Source: a virus
Lineage: Duplodnaviria; Heunggongvirae; Uroviricota; Caudoviricetes; Ackermannviridae
DNA: 50,710 nucleotides
Reading direction: 5' to 3' (one strand)
Virus record (IMG/VR): IMGVR_UViG_2974616520_000001
Coordinates: 113,328 to 164,037 of that record
The translations under genes were made by a program, and so were the position numbers. Below, in pieces: positions 44,247-50,710 of this stretch (position 1 is the first letter of the stretch; each line of letters starts with the position of its first letter). Under the pieces are notes generated by a model that was not told where the DNA came from, did not search any database, and worked only from the letters and a program-made list of their open reading frames with translations.

Positions 44247-44974
44247 ATTCATTCTTCCCAAAGAAGATCTTCCGTGTTGGCGTAGATTTTGATCTGACCA
44301 TGGTAGACAGCCTGTGGCCATGGATCCAGTGGTTTAACACCCATTTAGAACGCATGAACGCCTTTGCCAGCTGTGACGGTAGTCAGCAGGCCATACTCAT
44401 CACTCATGAATGCTATCTGGCCTTCCCTGGTGAGCAACTGGCTGACCTGATGAATGAGCGCCAGGCGCATCTGGTTGTTGAAGACCGCCTTAATCCTATG
44501 GCGTACTGGCGTCAACATGATCTGTATGACAATATGCAGCCGCTGGCAGGCGCTCGTGAGTTCTTCACTGCCTTACAGAAGCGCATGATGACATACCATG
44601 GCTTCATGGACGTCGAGTTCGTCTGTGTGACCAAATGTGAACCAGAGCACGAACTCAGTAAGCGCCGGTTTGTGGAAACGCACTTCAGCGATTTGTTCAA
44701 CGGGTTTGTCAGTACTGATGATAAACACCTGGTTTCCATGGATTGTCTGATTGATGATAATCCTAAATATGTCAAACCTTGCAATGAGAATGGGATCTTT
44801 CAGATCTATGTTCCTCAGGGTCAGGTTAAAGAGTTCACGCATGTCGACGACTTCTGTGAGGAGTACTTCACCGTGGCCCCGAGCGCTGAATTTGAGAACC
44901 ATTTTGGTTATCTGAATCAGCAGGTGGATGCAATCGCCGATATGCTGGGCCGTCATTACAACTACATTCGCTGA
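44243..44974 (+). CDS. 5'(3')-deoxyribonucleotidase (HAD, NT5C-like)
   Basis: GVDFDLTMVD (DxDxT), PLAGAREF and DCLIDDNP are NT5C-type HAD motifs. Confidence 0.85.
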   Translation: MNSFFPKKIFRVGVDFDLTMVDSLWPWIQWFNTHLERMNAFASCDGSQQAILITHECYLAFPGEQLADLMNERQAHLVVEDRLNPMAYWRQHDLYDNMQPLAGAREFFTALQKRMMTYHGFMDVEFVCVTKCEPEHELSKRRFVETHFSDLFNGFVSTDDKHLVSMDCLIDDNPKYVKPCNENGIFQIYVPQGQVKEFTHVDDFCEEYFTVAPSAEFENHFGYLNQQVDAIADMLGRHYNYIR

Positions 44975-44981
44975 GGCAACC

Positions 44982-45332
44982 ATGGCAACAAATGAATTCA
45001 CGTATAACCACGCTGGCGGCGGGAAAATGATTCCGCTCAAATATCATCCGGAAATTAAAATCAACGAACCACATAACAGTGTGGAAGAGCTGACTGCGCT
45101 AGTTCGCGATACTATCCGCGACTGGGAAACAGCAACCCCTTTGACTGCTTGTCAGCATTTGCACAGTCACCTCGTGTTGTGTGGACTCCGTGATCCTGAA
45201 GAGGACATTCTTTATGACCACGATGAGCACTATAAGGTTAAGTTCAATATCGGTGCTGTGGCGTATTATTTTGAGATATGGCGCACCTGGCAGGGTGCTT
45301 TGAATTGGGTAATAGCAGAGGATAAATCATGA
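44982..45332 (+). CDS. Hypothetical protein
   Basis: Track ORF 44928..45332; likely start MATNEF at 44982 after GAGG SD. Confidence 0.7.
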   Translation: MATNEFTYNHAGGGKMIPLKYHPEIKINEPHNSVEELTALVRDTIRDWETATPLTACQHLHSHLVLCGLRDPEEDILYDHDEHYKVKFNIGAVAYYFEIWRTWQGALNWVIAEDKS

Positions 45333-45679
45333 GCACACATACATTACCAGCTGAGGTCGCAGTTGAGTACCTCAACAAGCTGTTTGCAATTTGCCCAGAG
45401 GCTATGGAGCATCTGGCCCGCGCCCGCGTTATTGTTGACGACCCAGAAGAAGTAGAAAAGCTTCTGGCTGAACCGGGCCGAATGGTTGTCCTGAAAAATG
45501 ATGAGTACAACGAGTTGGCGTTTGGTGTTGTTGGCTTACTGAACGGCTTAGTTACCGAAGGCCGTGTGGCCGCAGTGTTTGAAGGTGAAGAGCCGCAATC
45601 TGCGCGTGTTCGCTCTACTTTCATGGGTTTCAGAGCAGTTACTGACAGCCATTATTCTGAACAGGTAGGTTCAAAATGA
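45329..45679 (+). CDS. Hypothetical protein
   Basis: 116 aa with ATGA overlaps on both sides. Confidence 0.75.
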   Translation: MSTHTLPAEVAVEYLNKLFAICPEAMEHLARARVIVDDPEEVEKLLAEPGRMVVLKNDEYNELAFGVVGLLNGLVTEGRVAAVFEGEEPQSARVRSTFMGFRAVTDSHYSEQVGSK

Positions 45680-46569
45680 GAAACATGATTGTCATTAAGG
45701 GGCCGTCAGGCTGCGGTAAGGGCACTCGCGTTGCTCAGTTCATCGAGTTCCTGCGTACCAAAATGGAACCGCGTGAAGTCAGTTATGAGCACGGCAGTAA
45801 GACCAAGCTGCTGGGTCTGGCATTTGACGAGCTGAAGCTGCTGTTCATCGGCCAGTACACGGTCTCTAACAAATCAGGTCTGGCCAGCTGGACTTCCATG
45901 GACACCATCCATGGCTCGTTAGGCGGCGTCACAGCGCGTGAGTTCCTGAAGGATGAAGTCGATAACGGCTTTACACTGGTCTGTGAAGGCGAGCCGCTGA
46001 TGCTGTCTGATAAGTGGCGTCCGGCCTACATGTTCGACTATTACAAGTTGGACTGCGTGAGTATGCTGTACTTCCATTACCCGGACCGTGCTGAGTATGA
46101 TGCACGCATCATCGGGCGCTCTGGTAAAGCAGCAGGCGATAGTGCCTGGGGCCGTAACTCAGAGTATCCAAAGGAGTTTGAGAAGACTCTGAATGAGATG
46201 CGTAACATCATCACAATGGCTGGTGTTGAGCAGATGAATGAATCTGAAACTGGCAAGACACACATGATGTGTGATACTCCTAATGCCTGGTCTGAATTCA
46301 CGCTGATGCCGCATGATGCCGCCCTGGCTTGTGTAGGCCGTGCCATTATGTTCCAGTTACGCCAAAAAGGTGCGTCTCAACCGTTTATCAAAAATACGAA
46401 AGAGTTCGAGCAGTTCTGTATCGACCATCCGATGCTCCGCTCTGTAGACGGTCCGAACCCGCTTGAGCACCGCGTACCAGTCAAAGCTGCCAAGGCCACG
46501 CCGGTTAAGGAAGAGCCTGTTCCTGTGCGTACCAATAGCATCCTCCGCCACTTTGGGGCATCGAAATGA
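45676..46569 (+). CDS. P-loop kinase linked to thymidine hypermodification (putative hmdU/DNA kinase)
   Basis: IVIKGPSGCGKGT Walker A, LVCEGEPL Walker B-like, YDARIIGRSG lid; in an operon with the aGPT-PPlase2 gene. Confidence 0.75.
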   Translation: MRNMIVIKGPSGCGKGTRVAQFIEFLRTKMEPREVSYEHGSKTKLLGLAFDELKLLFIGQYTVSNKSGLASWTSMDTIHGSLGGVTAREFLKDEVDNGFTLVCEGEPLMLSDKWRPAYMFDYYKLDCVSMLYFHYPDRAEYDARIIGRSGKAAGDSAWGRNSEYPKEFEKTLNEMRNIITMAGVEQMNESETGKTHMMCDTPNAWSEFTLMPHDAALACVGRAIMFQLRQKGASQPFIKNTKEFEQFCIDHPMLRSVDGPNPLEHRVPVKAAKATPVKEEPVPVRTNSILRHFGASK

Positions 46570-46733
46570 GAGAGATCTGTATTCTATTGCAGGTGGTTGT
46601 AGCCATTATGAACCTGGCAGGCGTGATGTTGGGGTTTCCGGCCTCACCAGAGAAGATGAATTTCATCTTTGGCCTGAACGCCGGGGTTGCCCTTATCACT
46701 ATCATCACACTGGTGTTTGAGAAAAGAAAATGA
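46566..46733 (+). CDS. Small 2-TM membrane protein, 55 aa (not in the track)
   Basis: MREICILLQVVVAIMNLAGVMLGFPASPEKMNFIFGLNAGVALITIITLVFEKRK*; ATGA overlap with the kinase stop. Confidence 0.7.
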   Translation: MREICILLQVVVAIMNLAGVMLGFPASPEKMNFIFGLNAGVALITIITLVFEKRK

Positions 46734-46906
46734 AACCTTACCCGATAGCCAGAGCAGTTCTTACAGTGTTCGTCATTCTGATTGGAGTGGCCGCCTTCCT
46801 GGTTGTTCTGGCTACGGGTAAATTTACTGACCTGATCCAGGGTGGTGCTGTGATAGCTGCGTGCGTGGCCGCTGTTTGGGTTATCAATCTGGAGTACCGA
46901 TATTGA
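46730..46906 (+). CDS. Small 2-TM membrane protein, 58 aa (not in the track)
   Basis: MKPYPIARAVLTVFVILIGVAAFLVVLATGKFTDLIQGGAVIAACVAAVWVINLEYRY*; ATGA overlap. Confidence 0.7.
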   Translation: MKPYPIARAVLTVFVILIGVAAFLVVLATGKFTDLIQGGAVIAACVAAVWVINLEYRY

Positions 46907-47103
46907 AACGCGAAACATTCATCCTGATAGTTGCCTTCATGACTGTTGTCCTTGGTGGCTGCATACTCATGGGCAACCGGGGCTACATGCCTGATTACTC
47001 TTTCTATATTTATCCTTTCTTCATTGCGGGGTTTGTAGTTATCATGTGTACTCACCCCATTTCCAAACTGTATCACTGGTTCCAAGTGAGGCACAACAAA
47101 TGA
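46903..47103 (+). CDS. Small 2-TM membrane protein
   Basis: Within track ORF 46861..47103; TTG start at 46903 overlapping the previous TGA, GGAG SD; two hydrophobic helices. Confidence 0.65.
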   Translation: MKRETFILIVAFMTVVLGGCILMGNRGYMPDYSFYIYPFFIAGFVVIMCTHPISKLYHWFQVRHNK

Positions 47104-47318
47104 TTCAAGAATTCATTAAGGGGTTCTGGATTTATGCGCTGCTCCTGGTCTTCTATACCCTGGTGTTCTCAAATATCTTCGTGATGCGTTGGGTATCCAA
47201 GATAACTGTGAGCGAATTCCAGTATGACATAGCAATGAGGGGTGTCAGCTTCTTGATCTCTCTGTTGTTGACCGTCGGCTTCTGTAAATGGATACAATAT
47301 TATGATCTACACTCCTGA
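47100..47318 (+). CDS. Small 2-TM membrane protein
   Basis: Within track ORF 47046..47318; ATG at 47100 (ATGA overlap, GAGG SD); two hydrophobic helices. Confidence 0.7.
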   Translation: MIQEFIKGFWIYALLLVFYTLVFSNIFVMRWVSKITVSEFQYDIAMRGVSFLISLLLTVGFCKWIQYYDLHS

Positions 47319-48552
47319 GAACCTCCGTCTGTCAAAGCTGCCGGGGGCGCTGGGCTATCAACCGCCTGAGAGCTGGAAGTATCCGATTGACCTGACCGTC
47401 GATTATCGTCTTCCCGAGCACCGGCCTTACCTGCTCAAGGCGTGGCTGGAAGCACTCTCCTATACCGAAGAGCACAATCAGCAGCTGCGTCTGATGGACT
47501 ACGCTATTGAGAAGCATCACGGCGCTGACGTTGAGATGAAGATCTGGTTAGCCTTCCTGTGGGGCTGCTGCTATAATGCCATCGGGCCGTGGACCATCCT
47601 GTCTGAATTCCCATACCCGCCTCAGTCTGAAGGTGAGATGCAGCGCTTCAAAGACTGGTATAACCTGAACTTTGACCGCATGCGCTTTGACACAGACTGC
47701 CGGTATCGCAAGTCCAAGATGATCGCCTGTGTCCAGTCCTATGTTGACTGGGTGGGTGACATCGATACGCGCTCGCAGTTTGAAGCCTTTGAGCCGATGT
47801 TGGAACAGACTGGTGAAGACCGTCAGGCCAAGCAGTTCCAGTTGCTGTGGGATACCTCCATGAGCTGGAAGTACTTCGGCCGTCTGAGCTGCTGGAACTT
47901 CCTGGAGGCTCTGAACCTGGTCTTCGGTAACAAGTACAAGATTGACGTCCCCGGCTTCATGCTGCGTGACCGCGAAGGCAGTGAGTCCAACCGTAATGGC
48001 GCAGCCTTCATGAGCAATCGTGACGACTGGGTGACCAAGCACGGCAAGAAAAAGATCAACGGTTGCCCTATCACCGATGAAGAGTGTGACATCCTGGAGT
48101 CTGACCTTGAGGAAGCCTTCCTTGAGTGTAAGATGGAGTTCGGCCACATCACCTTCATCAACCGTCTGAACTTTGAAACCTCTGGTGCCTGCTGGCTCAA
48201 GAAGTTCTTCCGTGAGAAGTCTACCCGCTACATCGGCTGGGATGCCGAGCGTACCTGGGAAGAGATCGACTACATGGAGCGAGAGTGGCCGGAGTACTCC
48301 TGTGCGCCCCTCTGGGAAGCGCGGGCCGCCTGGTTGCCTGATTACCTCCTCTGTGAGAAGGATCCCTCAGGGGAGCGCGGAGTCCGTAAATGGAAGATGC
48401 CTGTGTTCTTCCGTACCGGCGCTCCATTACACATCTGGCATCTGCAACAGGGTACGCGTTGGATCAATGAGGGTGAAGCTGCCAAGACCCTGGATAAAGC
48501 GTTGGCTCCCGCACCGAAATCGAACAACCTCCTCAGCCTCTTCGGTCGGTAG
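47302..48552 (+). CDS. Amino acid:DNA transferase (aGPT-PPlase2 family) for thymidine hypermodification
   Basis: WLAFLWGCCYN, RMRFDTDCRYRK, WKYFGRLSCWNFLEAL, ETSGACWLKKFFR..RYIGWD resemble the HhH-fold aGPT-PPlase2 protein of ViI-like phages (gp247-type). Confidence 0.8.
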   Translation: MIYTPENLRLSKLPGALGYQPPESWKYPIDLTVDYRLPEHRPYLLKAWLEALSYTEEHNQQLRLMDYAIEKHHGADVEMKIWLAFLWGCCYNAIGPWTILSEFPYPPQSEGEMQRFKDWYNLNFDRMRFDTDCRYRKSKMIACVQSYVDWVGDIDTRSQFEAFEPMLEQTGEDRQAKQFQLLWDTSMSWKYFGRLSCWNFLEALNLVFGNKYKIDVPGFMLRDREGSESNRNGAAFMSNRDDWVTKHGKKKINGCPITDEECDILESDLEEAFLECKMEFGHITFINRLNFETSGACWLKKFFREKSTRYIGWDAERTWEEIDYMEREWPEYSCAPLWEARAAWLPDYLLCEKDPSGERGVRKWKMPVFFRTGAPLHIWHLQQGTRWINEGEAAKTLDKALAPAPKSNNLLSLFGR

Positions 48553-48556
48553 TTTA

Positions 48557-48582
48557 TTCAATAAATGGGGTTACAGTATGAT
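48557..48582 (+). promoter_or_regulatory. TTCAAT-N14-TATGAT promoter
   Basis: TTCAATAAATGGGGTTACAGTATGAT. Confidence 0.65.
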
Positions 48583-48613
48583 AGCTGTAACCCCATATTA
48601 ATGAGAACCGGCT

Positions 48614-49210
48614 ATGAACGATAACGAGCATGAACCTTTCGATCCATCTGAGCTGCCAGATTTCCCCAGCCTGACTTATAAAGAGGTTGAACAGGCCAAA
48701 GAACGTGTCAAGCAGCATTTGGATGAGATAGCCAATAACTCGGATCTCAATCAAATGGGGGTTGTCCATTGTTCAGAGATTGACTTTGAAACCTTCAATG
48801 GTTGGTTTAAATCTTCATTAAAGCATGCTCATGATGAACAGATGGCGCGACGCGTATTCAACGCAGTTGTGGACCTGAAGCTGACAGGCCGTAACCCCAA
48901 AATTCTTATTGTAGGGAATGCTGATACTTCCTCAGATCACCTTATGAAGCTGCTTGAGAAGATTGATGCGCAAGTCGAGTTCCGTGACATCAATAGCATC
49001 GACCAAGGCGGAGTCTACTCGTTGGACGCTGTTATCATCGACGAATTTGCTATGCCAAAGGACATCAAGAACGGGCGTCATTACGGGCGTGCCCTGTTTA
49101 TGCCACCGGAAAGCACCCGCCTTGGTCATAAGAGAAGCCAGAGTGACAACCCCTCTGACCGCTGGATCAAACCTAAGAAGCTGCGCCGCGCCAAAGGAGG
49201 CCGGAAATGA
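48614..49210 (+). CDS. Hypothetical protein
   Basis: 198-aa ORF behind the promoter at 48557; basic C-terminal tail. Confidence 0.75.
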   Translation: MNDNEHEPFDPSELPDFPSLTYKEVEQAKERVKQHLDEIANNSDLNQMGVVHCSEIDFETFNGWFKSSLKHAHDEQMARRVFNAVVDLKLTGRNPKILIVGNADTSSDHLMKLLEKIDAQVEFRDINSIDQGGVYSLDAVIIDEFAMPKDIKNGRHYGRALFMPPESTRLGHKRSQSDNPSDRWIKPKKLRRAKGGRK

Positions 49211-49458
49211 GTACACAACGCACTGTGCTCCTGTCACAATGCCTGGGCACCCTTTCTTCTCTTGCTGTTAAACAGGCTGAGATGAGAACTATCCGTATTG
49301 GTCGCGATGCTGGAAAGACTCATGTCTTTGACTGGATGGTGCCGAGCGCTTCTTTGAGTCCACGTGACAACTACCAAGCCCCGGCCCGCCTGAAGGGTGC
49401 TGCCAAAGACAAACGCGCTTCCAAGAAGGCCAAAAATAAAAAGCGAGGCCGGAAATGA
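49207..49458 (+). CDS. Hypothetical basic protein
   Basis: 83 aa, ATGA-coupled, K/R-rich tail. Confidence 0.7.
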   Translation: MSTQRTVLLSQCLGTLSSLAVKQAEMRTIRIGRDAGKTHVFDWMVPSASLSPRDNYQAPARLKGAAKDKRASKKAKNKKRGRK

Positions 49459-49715
49459 GCTATGAATTCACGGATGCCATGACTATCCTGGACATGTTAT
49501 TTGAATATGAAGAATACATGATCCGTCGTAAACACAGCAAGAACACGCGTGATGGAGACTGGCCTTCTGAATCTGAAATTCACGATGAAGCTGAAAGTGT
49601 TATCAATAGTTACAGTAACACTGAGCTTTTGCGTCAGATGCAGTTTGTCCTTGATGAACGTAAGAACCAGAGGGAGCGCCGTGAAAAAGAGAAGTTGTCT
49701 GTGCAAGCCGGGTAA
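49455..49715 (+). CDS. Hypothetical protein
   Basis: 86 aa, ATGA-coupled, GAGG SD. Confidence 0.7.
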   Translation: MSYEFTDAMTILDMLFEYEEYMIRRKHSKNTRDGDWPSESEIHDEAESVINSYSNTELLRQMQFVLDERKNQRERREKEKLSVQAG

Positions 49716-49842
49716 GCAGCCATGGGACGGTAAGTGCCCATGGTGTCGCACCCCGCAAGAATCTAAAGAGCATGAGCGCAAGATGCAGCTGTTACCCAAA
49801 GACGGCGCTCATGATTGGTATTCCCTGTATCGGAGTCTGTAA
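49681..49842 (+). CDS. Small Cys-rich protein (CxC...CxxC)
   Basis: GTG start at 49681 after GGGAG SD, within track ORF 49549..49842; SCLCKPGKQPWDGKCPWCRT. Confidence 0.5.
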   Translation: MKKRSCLCKPGKQPWDGKCPWCRTPQESKEHERKMQLLPKDGAHDWYSLYRSL

Positions 49843-50243
49843 TGAAACTGACTGAATCACTCACCCTGAACCAACAGCAGCTGATCATTGACGGTGTGCT
49901 GGAACTGGCTTGCCGCGCCGGTATCATCAAATCACGTTCGCTGGTCTGTAACGGCCAGGAGGTTCTGATGTTGCTTGATGACATGGCCGATATGCTCTCT
50001 AAGGAGCGCCCGATCAAATACTTCACCGAAGGCGTGATCATGCCCCAGGGTAGCGCCTGGCTCACCATGCAAGACGAAGTGGACGAGCGTACTGGCAAAC
50101 CGCGTCAGGTGAAGACAGCGCGGGTTATCTCTGACGCTACCCAAACCAGCGTCACTGAGTTCGATACCCTAAATACAGTGTATCGTGCAGTTCCTGGTCT
50201 TACCATCCGTGATCTGCGAGTTCCACAACCCGAAGAAGACTGA
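49815..50243 (+). CDS. Hypothetical protein
   Basis: 142-aa ORF; the true start may be ATG at 49842 after a GGAG SD. Confidence 0.7.
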   Translation: MVFPVSESVMKLTESLTLNQQQLIIDGVLELACRAGIIKSRSLVCNGQEVLMLLDDMADMLSKERPIKYFTEGVIMPQGSAWLTMQDEVDERTGKPRQVKTARVISDATQTSVTEFDTLNTVYRAVPGLTIRDLRVPQPEED

Positions 50244-50257
50244 GGCATTTATGTCAT

Positions 50258-50602
50258 TTGATATTGAAAGTATTGTTACTCCTAGTGTTCGCATGCAGCT
50301 TATCCAGCATCTTCGTCGATGTTTTCATGGCTGAACTTGCCCTGGGTTCAGTCAGCGATGAAAACATCGAGTACATTAAGGCCACCGGCTTTAAGGTCAC
50401 AGCCTTCGCAACCGAGTACGAGGTGGAGATCGCGGTTGTCAAAGTAGACAGCGGCATCGCAACTTCTTCTCTTCTGCAGCTGGAAAACGTGAAGCCAGTC
50501 GCTCCTAAGACCACCCGTCTGCTCATGAGCGCGTCGCTGAGTGAGATCCTTGAGCCGGGTGATAACTTCCCGCGCTTTGAAGCCCTCTTCGTCAAAATCT
50601 GA
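50258..50602 (+). CDS. Hypothetical protein
   Basis: 114-aa ORF followed by a terminator; the start codon is uncertain. Confidence 0.55.
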   Translation: MILKVLLLLVFACSLSSIFVDVFMAELALGSVSDENIEYIKATGFKVTAFATEYEVEIAVVKVDSGIATSSLLQLENVKPVAPKTTRLLMSASLSEILEPGDNFPRFEALFVKI

Positions 50603-50610
50603 TTCTGATC

Positions 50611-50634
50611 AAAGCCCCTCATGCAGGGGCTTTT
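50611..50634 (+). terminator. Rho-independent terminator
   Basis: AAAGCCCCT-CATGC-AGGGGCTTTT. Confidence 0.8.
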
Positions 50635-50660
50635 CAATAATACCTCTCCGCGTATAAAAT
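50633..50660 (+). promoter_or_regulatory. TTCAAT-N14-TATAAA promoter
   Basis: TTCAATAATACCTCTCCGCGTATAAAAT. Confidence 0.65.
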
Positions 50661-50710
50661 AGCCGCTGTAACCACCACCTTCCTTATTGTTGAACAGGAA
50701 CTTCTATACC

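Noticed and set aside
1-50710. CRISPR array, integrase, transposase, rRNA
   Set aside because: No regularly spaced repeats or matching protein or RNA motifs were seen anywhere in the window.

Overview
This window is a 50.7-kb segment of a lytic T4-like myovirus genome of the Ackermannviridae (ViI/CBA120-like) type. An AmsF-like spike hints at an Erwinia/Pantoea-type host (inference). Positions 1-31733 (minus strand) are the late morphogenesis region: gp21 (partial), gp68/67-like, portal gp20, tube gp19, sheath gp18, terminase gp17/16, gp15/14/13, VrlC, five receptor-binding proteins, and baseplate gp7/gp6-like genes. Two small plus-strand cassettes interrupt it. Positions 31780-36000 hold an AT-rich gap, a few hypothetical genes and about 2.2 kb of mostly non-coding DNA packed with structured RNAs, of which only tRNA-Lys(UUU) is canonical. 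Positions 36091-50710 encode thymidine-hypermodification enzymes (PLP enzyme, P-loop kinase, aGPT-PPlase2 amino acid:DNA transferase), a family-B DNA polymerase, a HAD nucleotidase and many small ORFs. The top candidates for new biology are: (1) a circularly permuted tmRNA-like RNA with a tag ORF ANDNEFKVAA*, a pseudoknot and a YrlA-like T-arm/closed-acceptor/D-arm module that looks unchargeable; (2) a tandem array of further tRNA-mimic and long-stem RNAs around it; (3) a sliding-clamp-type peptide shared by the polymerase and three hypermodification enzymes; (4) late-promoter hairpins that hide the ribosome-binding sites of receptor-binding genes; (5) a branched adsorption apparatus built mostly from fibres rather than enzymatic spikes. 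All calls come from reading the sequence and recalling family motifs; no searches or folding programs were run.
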